From Eledone cirrhosa (taxonomy: Eukaryota), in NCBI GenBank assembly GCA_964016885.1, contig OZ024741.1:81840001-81904000 (forward strand): a stretch of 64,000 bases of DNA, written 5' to 3'. The notes beneath the pieces are model-generated. The model saw nothing but the letters and a program-made list of their open reading frames with translations. It was not told the origin of the DNA and searched no databases. Below, piece by piece: positions 26,196-39,499 of the stretch. Every line of letters begins with the position of its first letter. Positions within the stretch are counted from its first letter, which is position 1. The position numbers and the translations under genes are program-made.

Positions 26196-26729
26196 TATAT
26201 ATATATACATACATATACATATGTATATATATACACAGAGTATATGTGCTGTATAGTTTTTCGTTTCCCTCTTTGTGTGGTTTTAAAAAGTTTGTTAAAG
26301 TAAATAATCAACACCTACCGCCTCGCCTACAACCCAAAGAGGAATAATAACATCAACATAACCAACCTTCTTTTTTGTTCAACGGGAATCATTTCAAACG
26401 AAATGGTATTAAGGTAAGAGAAATAAGCAAATAAGAACATTAACAGCATATATAATTTTCAAATTACTTTCTTTTATTTCCACTCATAGGTTCAGAGATA
26501 CACACCTTCACACATTTACATGTAAACTAATATACAGATACGGATAAACATTTGGACTCATACAAATATAAACGCAGATACAAATACATATACATTCATA
26601 TACACGTAAACATGCATCAAATACATATACATATATACATGCAAACAAACAATGTAAATACATAAAAACACATAAATGTACATAAACATAGATACACATA
26701 CACATACAAATACATATCCAAACATTCAT

Positions 26730-26766
<37 letters not shown>

Positions 26767-26949
26767 CAAGCATACACATATGTTATATTTGCATACATAC
26801 ATAAACAAATATACATACAAATATACACATGTTCATACATATGTACATATATGCATCTATCCACCAATACATACATACTTGCATATTTAAATACACATGC
26901 ATACACTAGTGCATGCATGCGTCTATACATACATACTTGCATGCATACA

Positions 26950-27340
26950 TACATACATACATACGTGATGGATGCAAACTCTGCTAAGAGTATTGCAATC
27001 GTTTGTCAGATTCAGATGTGTGACGCTCGGATATGGCTTTTCAAGCCTGCTAGAGACTCGTACTTCTTCGCACACTGACGACAACTATGGATCTCCCTGG
27101 CCTGAGGTCTTGCATCAGGTTGCCTGTGAACCCTCACAATACCGTTGAGATCATAGTTCACTGGTTCTCTTTGAACATGACTGTGACCGTGGCTCCTGAG
27201 ACCAGATTTGCTCAAGCAAAGTTTTCCACACTCAGGGCACTGAAATTCAATGGAGACACCGATCGTTTCGAGAGATACACCAGGACATTGCTTACGCACA
27301 TCTCGTTTGATCTTCTCGCGCTCTATGCGTCTGTCCTCAA
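26950..27340 (-). mobile_element. LINE (probably RTE-type) 3' end encoding two C2H2 zinc fingers, (TATG)n tail
   Basis: CPECGKLCLSKSGLRSH and CRQCAKKYESLAGLKSHIRASH followed by a microsatellite tail. Confidence 0.65.
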
Positions 27341-27462
27341 AATGATGTACCCCATCTCTAAATATAATAATTTAAAGAATGGTAACCATAATCAAGGAAG
27401 GCTGTTTTCAAGAATAAATAGGGGGAAATTTTCTTGCATATATTATAATATCTTTCATAGTG

Positions 27463-27778
27463 TGAAGACGCGTGGCTTTGATGTTAGGATGTTTGGCCTA
27501 TGATCGTAATGTCGTGATTCAGATTCCCGGCGGCACGTTGTATCCTTGAGTAAGAAACTTTGTTTCCGGTTGTTCCCGCCCACTCAGCTAGCAAAAATGT
27601 GAAGCACTTGTAATTCAAAGGATCAGCCATGTTACACCTGGCGTCATGCTGAATTTCCTTAATAATTACATTATTTTGCACGTGTTTATAGAATGCCCAG
27701 TCACTTAGACATTAATTTCACAAGCAGGCTGTAAGGTTGCTCAATACTCATCGTTGTTACAGACGGAGTTCCAGCAAC
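27463..27778 (+). mobile_element. tRNA-derived SINE (family B-related), degenerate
   Basis: tggctttgatgttagg...ttcagattcccgg...tgtatccttgagtaagaaacttt. Confidence 0.6.
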
Positions 27779-28152
27779 TTGTATGTATGTTTCCTTTTTG
27801 GGCAAATGCATTCGATGTTCAGAGAGTGGGATTGCCTCCGTGCAAAGCCTTTCTTCACTTAAAGCATTAAGCACAGGCATCGCTTGATATGGGACATTTT
27901 TTGCGATGCATGGTATTGCTGGCGATAGGCAAGTCCCTAGCAGGACAAGTCCCTGATGTTAATTCTTAAGTATCAAGCGATGGCATTACTCGAAATCGGG
28001 TTGCAGCCATCATGTATGAATGTATGTATGCATATATGTATGCATGTAAGTATGTATGTATGTATGAATGTATATATTTACGCACGCATAAATGCACTCA
28101 TGTATGAATATATGTATTTATGTGTGTATGTAGGTTTATATATATATATATA

Positions 28153-30320
28153 AATTCACACCAACACCACAATACTGTAACCCCAATGAGATAAATGACG
28201 ATATCTCACACTTCTGTAGAAAATTACGTCTCACAGAGGAATTCTTTGACAAGGAGAATAACGACGAATCAATTGTACGGAATAAAGGCAGATACAACCC
28301 GACAAAAGGTAGAAACAGAGTCTGGACAAATTTTGTGACCGCATAGCTACTTTCCCATACCATGAACTACCGCAACCTAAATCCAAACCCAACACGAGTT
28401 GAAGGGAATGGGAGGTTATCCATGAACTAGAAAACAATACGGACATTATAATTAAGGAAGCGGACAAGGGAAGTACTGTTGTCATTATGGAGGCTGAAAA
28501 ATATAAAAATTCTTTGTTCTCTCTCTTACAAAATACTAATTAATATGAAAGAGTAAAAAACTACCAGCAATCAAAAACAATGACCACATTAAACACACTG
28601 ATTTATCGATACCAGGAAGACCTAATTAAAAAGGAACGCGATTATTTAACACATTTTGAATACAAAACCAGCAACCTTTACGGATTTCCGAAGATCCACA
28701 AGTGTAAAATAATTAACGATGCCTGTAAACAATCGACCTCAGCCTGCGTGAACACACAATACCCCACAGACCTTAAATTAAGACCAATTGTAGCGGGCCC
28801 ACAGTGTGAAACACACAGACTGAGCAACTTTATAGACATACTACTAAAACCAATTCTCGAACACATACCAAGCCTTGTAAGAGACGATCTGGACCTCTTA
28901 AATCACCTCCCCAAACATGTCAACAACGACACTATTATTGTGTCTTTCGATATAGTGAATCTCTACACAACGATCCCACACCAATACGGACTAGAAGCAA
29001 TAGGATTCTGGCTAGAGAAATATCCCAATGAGATACCTGGCAGAAGAGAAAAAAGCTTCATCACCGAGGGATTAAAATTCTTCTTACAGAACAACTTTTT
29101 TATTTCGATGGCAGTACTTACAAGCAAATATCGGGGACTGCGATGGGTACAAAAGTCGCTCCAACTTAATCATGGCATACTTAGAAGTCCAGATATATGA
29201 ACAGTCAAAATCGAAATACGGATTGAACTTCCACAAATATTTATCAGAGAATTGGAAACGCTACTTGGATGATTGTCTCATTCTTTGGTCCCACACACTC
29301 GACCAACTGAAGGATTTCAAAAACTTAATAAACGGCATCAATAACCACATCCAATTCACAATGGAATACAGCCAAGATGAACTCCCATTTCTGGACATCT
29401 TAATCTTAAAAAAAGACACAAATATTGAAACTGACATACACTACAAACCAACAGACTCCAAACAATACCTGCTATTCACCTCCAACCATCCAAAGCACAC
29501 GAAGACGAACATTTCTTTTAACATAGCAAGAAGAATTTGCACAATTGTCTCCAATTATGAAACGCGAAATAAAAGACTTCAAGAATTAAAGGAAATTCTA
29601 CTCGAAAGAGAGTACCCACCATTACTAATAAATAATGGAATAGAAAGGGCTAAAGCAATAGGCATTGATGAATTACGAAAGCAGAAACAAATTCAAGGTA
29701 CGTCCAATATTCTATCATATATCTCAACACACAACCCAAAAAATGCGGAAGCTTACAACACTATTCACAAAAACATCCCACTACTAAAACAAAACCCAAG
29801 AATGAAAAAAGCCCTTGAAACACACAAAATAATCAAAAGCAAAAGACAACCGAAATCACTGAAAACATTACTCACCAATGCCAAATTACCTACTACAAAC
29901 CCACAACCAACTGTCAACAAATGTGGTCGCTCTAATTGTGGAACCTGCACTCACCTCATTGAAGGCAACACATATACATTTAAATCAGGACAAATTTTGC
30001 TGTAAAAAATCACTTCACTTGCTCATCAAAAATCTACTTTATGCGATTAAATGTAAAGGATGCAATGAAGATTATATAGGACAAACTAAACTCACACTCA
30101 GAAACAGAATGACAGTTCATCGCCAACAATTACGAGATCCAACCACGAGACAGATACCACTAAGCGCACATCTAGACATATGCGCAAGTAATAAGACACC
30201 CAAATTCCAAGTCTTCCCATTTTACTTTGCGCTAACAATACAACAGAACAAATACGAATAAATAAGGAAAATATGTTTATTCAAAAATATAGACCAGCAT
30301 TAAATATTCACAAAAACACA
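28153..30320 (+). pseudogene. PLE-2 RT plus GIY-YIG, frameshifted
   Basis: KFTPTP, KEADKGS, LYGFPKIHK, LRPIV, SFDIVNLYTTIP, AMGT, WKRYLDD, PFLD, CGRSNCGTC, YAIKCKGCNEDYIGQT. Confidence 0.92.
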
Positions 30321-30754
30321 CACACAACTCCCTCCTCCATTTCTACTAATAGAATCACTTTCCTACACACATATACACACACACAATATATATATATTCT
30401 CTTCATCTTAACATACTCCCCCCACAAACACACATAACACCCATATACACACACACACAACTCCCTCCCCCATTTCTACTAATAGAATCATCTTCCAATA
30501 CACACACACACACGCGCACACACACACACAAGCACACAAATAAACATACACATCTTTACTTTCTTTACTTCAATAGAAAATCTGAATTCTGACACCCCAG
30601 CGAACTAACCATATTCACTGAACCAGAACAATTCTCCCATCCAATTTCTCTTGACCATTATCCTAAAATTCTCTAAAAAGGCTACAGAATAGATTTTCAA
30701 ATAAGGGCGCGAAAATTTAATGAAAACTTGTTCACGTGACAGCCATAATTCCAT

Positions 30755-30985
30755 TTATAACCAATCAAATTACGTTTATTAAAAAAAAAGCCTTCGTGAG
30801 GCCTTTTTTTTAAGTAAAAAGAAATTCAAACACTCATATATGAAAAAACAACCTGTGCCCCCTCTCTTGTTTGAAGAAATTTGTAACGCGAACTGGCGCG
30901 AAATTTATTATAATTATTGACCAACCAATCAAATTACTTCTCTAAAAACCTGGCATTTCGAGCCACTATTTTCCATATAAAACAA
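30755..30985 (+). promoter_or_regulatory. Putative pLTR promoter: two CCAAT boxes, a hairpin and a TATA motif
   Basis: aaccaatcaaattac at about 30759 and 30923; tataaaa at about 30977, roughly 70 nt upstream of the HHR. Confidence 0.4.
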
Positions 30986-31044
30986 ATAACATCCAGAGAC
31001 CAACCAGATGTGAGTAAAACCACAGACCCTCCATCTCAACTCTA

Positions 31045-31080
31045 CTTTTGAAAAGCAAAAGAACTGCGAAACCGGTAAAG
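31045..31080 (+). ncRNA. Minimal type I hammerhead with U3:A8 core
   Basis: ctt-TTGAAAA-gca aaagaac tgc-GAAA-ccgg-TA-aag; palindromic ACCGGT. Confidence 0.7.
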
Positions 31081-31147
31081 GAACCAAATAAATATATATA
31101 TTTTTTTAAATAAGACTCCAGTTGCATTTTCGATTTCATCCCTTTTT

Positions 31148-31200
<53 letters not shown>

Positions 31201-31232
31201 TTGTGTGTGTGTGTTTATGTATGAGAAGTGTG

Positions 31233-31286
<54 letters not shown>

Positions 31287-31687
31287 TGTATGTATTTGTC
31301 TGTGTTGGTATGTGCATGTGTTTGTGTGTATATTTCAATTGAAAACCTAAAATCATCTTGATGGAAAGATAGGTATCTGGAATTCACAGTATAAATTTTG
31401 TTGAATTTTTCTCATTTTCAAGAAGGTGCAATTTGAAATAAATACATACATAAATGGTAAATGAATAAAACATAAATGGTAAATGAATAAATAAACAAAT
31501 AAGATTAAATGATTTTTAACGTAATGGTTGAAATGTGAGTGCAGTACTTTGAGAGGAACTGAGAAACATATGGACGAAATAAGAAGGGTGAAAGGGAGAG
31601 CGAGTGAGCGAGAAGTAAAAAGAAGAAAACATAAGAGGGGGTAGAAGACAAAGCAGAAAAAGAAGAGGGTAAGAGAATGTGTTAGAG

Positions 31688-31738
<51 letters not shown>

Positions 31739-32544
31739 TTTACAAACATGCAAATATCTAAATATACAAAATAAAAAAAGTAGAAAACTCTTTCTATCAA
31801 ATAGTTTAACAATCATTTTTTAATTTTATTTTCAAACACGATAAATGGAAGGAGTGCAATTTCGTACAAGACACACCAAAAGAAAAACAATAAGAAAACG
31901 AACAACCACTAAAAAAAAACATAAACAACTACATCAAAAAACAAAAAGTACATATATATTTTACTTTACATTTTTTTTTAAATCTCTGTGAAGTTCATCT
32001 TGAAGTTTGAAGTTTATCTTTACAAGTTCCCCATAAAACCTGGTTTATATGAGAAAGTTTTAGTAGCTTCATATACAAAATATACAAAATATACATATAT
32101 ATACATTTTGTATATTTTATAAAAAGGGTGTATGTTACGGTATTCGTTTCGGTTGTCTGGGCTCTGAGTTCAAATCTCACCGTGGTCAACTTTGACTTTG
32201 ATCCTTTCGAGGTTGATAAAAAGAGTATCAATGATATACTGCGGTCGAATTTTACTCCATATGTCTTTCTCACTTCTCTTCTCTCAAAATAATCGGATTT
32301 GTTCAGACCTGGAGAGTGGATTGGCTTCTCCAAATTATAAAAGTACATAAGACACGCTGTATATCACAACAGCCACCTAACACTCCATCAAAAGGTAGAA
32401 GTCAATACATATCTTAAAAGTATTTTCAACGTTATAAAATAATCGAAATACTGTATATTTGACAAATAAGTGTCTTAGCTTGGAATAAATGAGTTTGTAT
32501 GTGAAAAGGCTAAATCAAGTGAACGGCTTGGAAAGTGTTCTTTG

Positions 32545-32655
32545 TCCAACGAGTTAATATCACTTTTGAAAATTTTAGCCGCAAAGCAATAGCCGTGGAA
32601 ACATATGGCATTCTGGGTCCCCAAACCAGCTCACTATTTGCTGCAATCAATCTGC
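32545..32655 (+). mobile_element. CRE-like LINE restriction-like endonuclease fragment
   Basis: [14 protein letters not shown] resembles the CRE REL P.AVET.G..G motif; short. Confidence 0.4.
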
Positions 32656-32737
32656 AGATGTATGTATGTATGTATGTATGTATGTATGTATGTATGTATG
32701 TATGTATGTATGTATGTATGTATGTATGTATGTATGT

Positions 32738-33192
32738 AGGGCAAGGGAGCTCTTAAGAGTCAATAGCCATCCAAAATCACTGGGAGAGATGACCCCTTAG
32801 CCTTTGTCAAGGCAGAATTCTAGGAGAAGGAAAACTCTGATATAACACCTGCAACCCTGATGGTATCCAATGATGTTGACTTGTTCTTCTTTTTGGTAAA
32901 TATCATCTTGGTTAAGAGAGTGGGACTGGCTTTGTGCAGTGCCTTTGCTCACTATAAAAGGTTCACGGCACAGGCATTGCTTTATATCTGGAGATCTCTC
33001 TGCACTTGTCATCACATGGTACCATGGGCCCTGCACTATGTGTCAATAATGGTCACAAGTGTAGTCTTTGTGCCAGAGTTTTCAAGTCGCTGGCTGGACT
33101 AAAAAGTCACATTCGTTCAGCGCATCGGTAGGGGTTCTCCTACATGGATATAAAGTAGTGGCCGTACTCGAAAACGAGTTGGCAGCCACCAT
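32738..33192 (+). mobile_element. ~600-bp RTE-related retroposon, 5'-truncated copy 3
   Basis: Reverse-orientation match to 9000-9440, inside a (TATG)n tract. Confidence 0.7.
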
Positions 33193-33209
33193 GTATGTAT
33201 GTATGTGTG

Positions 33210-33301
<92 letters not shown>

Positions 33302-33391
33302 CGAAGGAGGTGTGGTAAGGAACCAGAAAGGACCATAACGCACCAGAGTACTCAATACTTAGGGTAGTAGAGTGGGTAATAGGAAAAGGTT

Positions 33392-33492
33392 TAACCCCGA
33401 CGGCAGAGCTCAAGCCGTTTTGACGGCTATTTCTGAACTAAATTAGAATTTTTAGCGTGGTAAATAAATACCCGAACTTTTCGAGGGGGTTA
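33392..33492 (-). ncRNA. Hammerhead-like motif of the PLE-3 inverted arm (core UCGAAAA; GAAA mutated to AAAA)
   Basis: Reverse complement taaccccc-TCGAAAA-g..gggtattt...aaatagccgtc-AAAA-cggc..gccg-TC-ggggtta. Confidence 0.55.
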
Positions 33493-34669
33493 TTCCTTAT
33501 ATGGGAAGATTATAGTTGTCAAGAGCATTGGACAAAATTTCTTCTAAACACAATTAAATCTTTCATGACAGTGAGTCGGAGGTGGGGGTGGCTGAACTTG
33601 CCTGTAGAACAAGGAGGGAGTGGGTGGAGCCGGTCAAGTGTTGAAAGTGAATTCTATACAGCAAATTCTGAGGAGTGTGTATGACATTAGACTAGATAGG
33701 AAACAGGCAAAAAAGGATTCTGGAGAAAATAGAGAGGGGTCGTTATTGAATACGTAAATAAAATGAGATTAGAAAATAATAAATAAATAAAAAATATATA
33801 AAATTATAAAATTAGATAGTAAGAAGTAATAAAAATCTCTAGAGTCTAAAACAGCAGCTATATTTAGTTGGTATCGCGTTTTCGGCCAATGCTATATATA
33901 ATTTACTGGGGTGGGGGTACTACAAAAGTACAATGGGCTGCCGCGGGATAGGCGAAAGGGGAAAAAAGAAAAGGATAGGGAGTGGAAGGAAGTGATAGGA
34001 AGAGATAAATGGAAGAAGAAAAGGAGAATGAAAAGAAAAGAAGTACATCTACGTATGTTAGCTGGGGTTTCCCCTATCTTGTTCGGCAAGTGGGGAAAAG
34101 GAGGATGTTTCAGCTATTGTCTACCTACCCGGGTCATGAGGGGCTTTGAGGGCGAGGTAAGTCCTACGCAATCGGTGTTTGCATGCAGTTACAAGTTCAT
34201 CTTTTTTGTTTAGGAGTTGGTCCTTCGTAAACAGCATTTGTGATGTTTCCTCCGAGCATAAGTTAGACGGAAGGCGTCCTCCTGTGTAGGAGTTAGCCCT
34301 GGACAGTAAACAACAAGCAAAATTGTAAGTTATGTTATTATCTTGGAGGTCCCAAATGTGGCCCGAAAGTGTAGTGGCATGTCGCCAGGCCGGGTTTCGG
34401 AACGTATGTCGGTGTTGGTAGAGCCGGGTCTTAAAGTCACAGGCGGTTAATCCTATATAGGCTTTGTTGGAGGTTTCCGTCCTCATGTTGCATTGCTAGA
34501 TTACGTTACGTTTTCGGCATCTGTTGTTGAGGGGCACGTAGATCTATCAGGGCAGGTACACCTCCTGGTCGGCTTTCCACTCATGTCTAGGTTGTTTCTT
34601 CCATAGAGGTTGAGTTTATTGTTGTTTGAGGAGGCGATGTCTTGTGCGAAGTTGGGTGTGGTGCTGTAG

Positions 34670-36184
34670 AGACCGCGTTATACCAAAAGTTAAGCAAAAC
34701 GCCAGACTTAACTTTTGGGTCAGCACCCAGGAAGTCATCTCATGTTTCAGGAATATTGAGGACAAACAAGACACCAAATTCATCCAGTTGGACATAGACA
34801 GTTACTACGCCTCTATTACCTTACCGCTCCTTACGGGCGCTTTGGACTTTGCGAAAACACTCACACCCATCACCGACCAGGAAAGAAACATCATTCTCCA
34901 CGCCAGGAAGACAGTCCTTTTTTTCGACCACTCCTAGTGGATAAAGAGAGCTCCCGACTCCCCCTTCGACGTCAGTATGGGCGTGACCGACTCGGCCGAG
35001 GTGACCGATCTTATAGGATTATTCCTACTATATAAACTCACCGAAATGTTTCCTGCACTCGGCGGTGGATTGTGCCGAGCCGATTGGCTCCTTACCCTCA
35101 AAGTGTACAACCCCTGTAGTACAGATCGGGTCCGTAAACAACTAATCAACTTCTTCCGACACTGGGGATTTAAAATCACCCGACAAACGTCCCTAACCTG
35201 AGTCAATTTCCTGGACGTTACACTCAACCTCGAAAATGACTGTACTACCCATACAAGAAACCAAACGACAACCTGCACTACATCCACAGCCGCTCTAACC
35301 ATCCTAGAAACATCACCAATAACCTGGTTAAAAACATCTCCCTCCGCATATCTCGTTTGTCCGCTAATGAGCAGATATTCGATGAACACGCGCCTCATTA
35401 CAACCAGGCCCTCAAGCGAAGCGGCTTTCGGGAGGAAATCTCCTTTTATCCAGCTTCCCTTAGCGGAACTATCAGGCGAAGCTGCCGCTCACGCCACGTA
35501 ACGTGGTTCAACCATCCCCACAATGCCGAGGTGGCAACACCTATCGGGACAATCTTCTTTAGACTCCTCGAAAAACACTTCCCACCACAACACCGCTACC
35601 ACAACATAATCAACAAAAGCACTATCAAACTCTCCTACAGCACCACACCCAACTTCGCACAAGACATCGCTTCTTCAAACAACAAGAAACTCAGCCCCTA
35701 TGTAAGAAACAACCTAGACATGAGTGGAAAGCCGACCGGGAGGTGTAACTACCCTGATAGATCTACGTGCCCTCTCAACAACAGATGCCGAAAACGTAAC
35801 GTAATCTAGCAATGAAACGTGATGACGGAAACCTCCAACAAAGCCTATATAGGATTAACCGCTTGTGACTTTAAGACTCGGCTCTACCAACACCGACATA
35901 CGTTCCGAAACCCGGCCTGGCGACATGCCACTACACTTTCGGGCCACATTTGGGACCTCCAAGATAATAACATAACTTACAATCTTACTTGGTGTTTACT
36001 GTCCAGGGCTAACTCCTACACAGGAGGACGCCGCCCGTGTAACTTATCCTCGGAGGAAACATCACAAATGCTGTTTACGAAGGACCAACTCCTAAACAAG
36101 AAAGATGAACTTGTAACTGCATGCAAACACCGATTGCGTAGGACTTACCTCGCCCTCAAACCCCCTCATGACCCGGGTAAGTAG
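34670..36184 (+). pseudogene. PLE-3 RT (C-terminal part) plus GIY-YIG; YRDDGL-type, possibly Naiad-like
   Basis: IQLDIDSYYASIT, MGVTDSAEVTDLIG, GLCRADWL (degenerate GLYRDDGL), FLDVTL, CNY..TCPLNNRC, NVI*..YIGLT..FKTR, ACKHR. Confidence 0.88.
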
Positions 36185-36825
36185 ACAATGGCTACAACAT
36201 CCTCGTTTTCTCCACTTGCCGAACAAGATAGGAGAAACCCCAGCTAACATACGTAGATGTACTTCTTTTCTTTTCATTTTTCTTTTTTTCTTCCCGTTAT
36301 CTCTTCCTATCACTTCCTTCCACTCCCTACCGTCTTCCTTTTCCTTTTTCCCCTTTCGCCTACCTCGAGGCAGCCCATTGAGCTTTTGTAGCCTCAGTAC
36401 CCCCACCTCAGTAAATTATATATAGCATTGGCCGAAAACGCAATACCAACTAAATATAGCTGCTGTTTTAGACTCTAGAGATTTTTATTACTTCTTACTA
36501 TCCAATTTTACAATTCTATATATTTTTTATTTATTTATCATCTTCTAATCTCATTTTATTTACGTATTCTATAACGTCCCCTCGCTATTTTCTCCAGAAT
36601 CCTTTTTTGCCTGTTTCCTATCTAGTCTAATGTCATACACACTCCTTAGAATTTGCTGTATAGAATTCACTTTCAACGCTTGACCGGCTCCACCCACTCC
36701 CTCATTGTTCTACAGGCAAGTTCAGCCACCCCACTTCCCACCCGCTGCCATGAAAGATCTTATTGTGTTTACAATAAATATTTGACCAATCCTCTTGACA
36801 ACTACAATCTTCCCATATGAGGAAT

Positions 36826-36924
36826 TAGCCCTTGAAAAGTTCGGGTATTTATTTACCACGCTAAAAATTCTAATTTAGTCCAGAAATAGCCATCGAAACG
36901 GCTTGAGCTCTGCCGTCGGGGTTA
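36826..36924 (+). ncRNA. Type I hammerhead with U3:A8 core and long stem II, GUC site
   Basis: tagccc-TTGAAAA-g..gggtattt/aaatagcc..c-GAAA-cggc ttgagctct gccg-TC-ggggtta. Confidence 0.65.
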
Positions 36925-36931
36925 AACTTTT

Positions 36932-36962
<31 letters not shown>

Positions 36963-36966
<4 letters not shown>

Positions 36967-37195
36967 CAGGGTTCGATTCTTGCGTTGGGTTGCGTGTTGT
37001 GTTCTTGAGCAAAACACTCCATTTCACGTTGACCAGTATACACAACTGCAAATGAATACCAGCAACAGCTGCGTGTTTAAACGATGGACTGGCATCTTAT
37101 CCAGGGGTGAGTGTTGTGCTCTCAGTCGCTTTACGCTATGGATACCGGGATAAGCACCAGCTTGATGAGTCTCCTGGCTCGAGACAGACTTTATA
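36963..37195 (+). mobile_element. SINE family B, 5' part missing
   Basis: ggttcgattct B-box, tgtgttcttgagcaaaacactcc. Confidence 0.6.
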
Positions 37196-37286
<91 letters not shown>

Positions 37287-37483
37287 TTTTCAGTGCTGTA
37301 GGCTTTTGCCTTTGCTACAATATTCCATTTGATGAAAGGATTTATCATGCCACACTTTCAATTGCCAAATATATTTTGACAGTGATGTTGAATTCTGCAA
37401 TTGTCTGTATACAGGTGTTGAGAAAAGCACGATTTAAATGTATTTTCGGTCAGTCCAATGCCTTATATATAGATATCCGCCTG

Positions 37484-37548
<65 letters not shown>

Positions 37549-37636
37549 ATATATATACATACACAGATACATATATATATGTATCGCTCTCACTTTCTCT
37601 CTCTTTATACACACACACGCACACATACACACACAC

Positions 37637-37697
<61 letters not shown>

Positions 37698-38008
37698 AAT
37701 ATAGTAGCATAATAATCCTTAAACTTAACCGAATATAATACCAAATGAAATGTGTATTTATAAACACAAGAAAGGGACGCTATTAGTAATAGTGAACAGC
37801 TAAAATTAAATATTTAGAAAAAATCGTTTCTTTTTTTGTCGTAACTTTGTATATCTTTGTACATAAAGTGCTCACATATATATACATACACAGATAGACC
37901 CCCCCCCCACACACATACACATACACACACACACACATATATATATATATAAATATATATATACATATATATATATATGTGTATATATGTATATATATAT
38001 ATACATAC

Positions 38009-38101
<93 letters not shown>

Positions 38102-38645
38102 TGTATATATATATAAATAACTACATGTCCATAGTGGTAACATTTTCATGCATTGTGGTTTAATAACACGCTACGAGGTGACACATTGATTAATTACAAC
38201 AAGTTTAATCTTCAAAGCCTATTTACTCAGCTAACGCTGTTATTTACAAATCTAATCCGTACTGAAATCACATGTGTGCTAGTTTTATGGGGGTAAGATT
38301 TTATGAATTAGTAATGCAGCGAATGTTTTCCTATCACTGGTCAAAAGAAAATATCACCGAAGCATACATTAATATACAATCACTCATTGCATGTTTCGTT
38401 TGAGTCATAAGTTGACATGCAACGCTGAATATAATAGGATTTTTCTTCTGATCTCCTTAGTTATTAATCAGGTCTCAAAGTTATTTTTATTACATTAATA
38501 TCTCCATCATCATACACTCGGCTTATTTATGTCTGTATTGCAATCACACATTTCGTATATATCTTAATATATATATATATATATGAAGGGCGGGAGAGCG
38601 CGAGAGCGAGCGAGAGAGAGAGAGAGAGGGAGAGGGGGAGAGAGA

Positions 38646-38691
<46 letters not shown>

Positions 38692-39253
38692 GTAACAATG
38701 GACAGAGTATTATTTGTTACTCAATCTTTTTCTTCTCATGTGCTATGATATCTAATCAACTTCGCAGTTATTTGAAAATTCCCTCACCAGTAATCGCTCT
38801 ATCACGACCCTATCTCCCATGACCAGCAAGCATTACCAGTAGAACCAACATCATTACAACTACCTTTGTCACTGCCACGAACTTTAATCAAATGTGAAAG
38901 CTGAAAATTCCTAAATTGGACTATAAACAAACCCTTTTTCATCATCAAGAGCACAGCAGAGTTGATTTACGCACAGTCAGAATGGTGCTAGCTGAAGAAT
39001 TGCTAGTTGTGTCGTTGTAACTAGTAGACTATACGGCGTCATCCATCCCTATAGCCAGGATACGTAATATTCGATCAAACTCTCAAGTAATCGTCCTGAG
39101 ATAATGATAAATGTGGAATAAGGTATTAGTTATTTATTTGTTAGTTATGAGACATAAAGGCAAATATAAACGTAAACACAGACAAATACACTCTCTCTTT
39201 CTCTCTCACACACGCACATATGTATAAATATATATATATATAAATAAATATAT

Positions 39254-39299
<46 letters not shown>

Positions 39300-39456
39300 T
39301 GGAATAAATGCTCTGAAATAGCGATATATATGTGAATATAGACATAGAATATTCGAAAATATTCTGTATGTTTATAATAAACATTTTGAAGACCTAATCG
39401 CTATAGAATAGAATACGTCACGTATTACAATTAGATTCTCGATAAAAGCAAGGGAA

Positions 39457-39499
39457 GTAATCTACGCGTTTCATTCTCGTTAGAAATCATCAGGACTAC
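39457..39499 (-). ncRNA. Type I HHR of array (also at 39767, 40077, 40387)
   Basis: Reverse complement of the motif at 40735. Confidence 0.85.

Larger units (their letters stand above)
28153..31150 (+). mobile_element. Penelope-like element PLE-2, 5'-truncated, between (TA)n tracts
   Basis: RT/EN remnants followed by a CA-rich 3' UTR, CCAAT/TATA motifs and an HHR. Confidence 0.92.
33298..36936. mobile_element. Penelope-like element PLE-3: inverted 3' arm (33298-34669, minus) plus forward arm (34670-36936)
   Basis: About 1.3 kb inverted duplication; (TA)n on both sides; minus arm has about 80 nt of extra tail. Confidence 0.92.

Noticed and set aside
27012-27299. Host C2H2 zinc-finger gene
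   Set aside because: No TGEKP linkers, SxxGLxSH pattern and a microsatellite tail fit a LINE C-terminus better.
35813-35815. In-frame TGA at a Cys position in PLE-3 as possible selenocysteine (reported for some Naiad PLEs)
   Set aside because: The inverted arm has TGC at this codon, the ORF has other stops, and I could not identify a SECIS.
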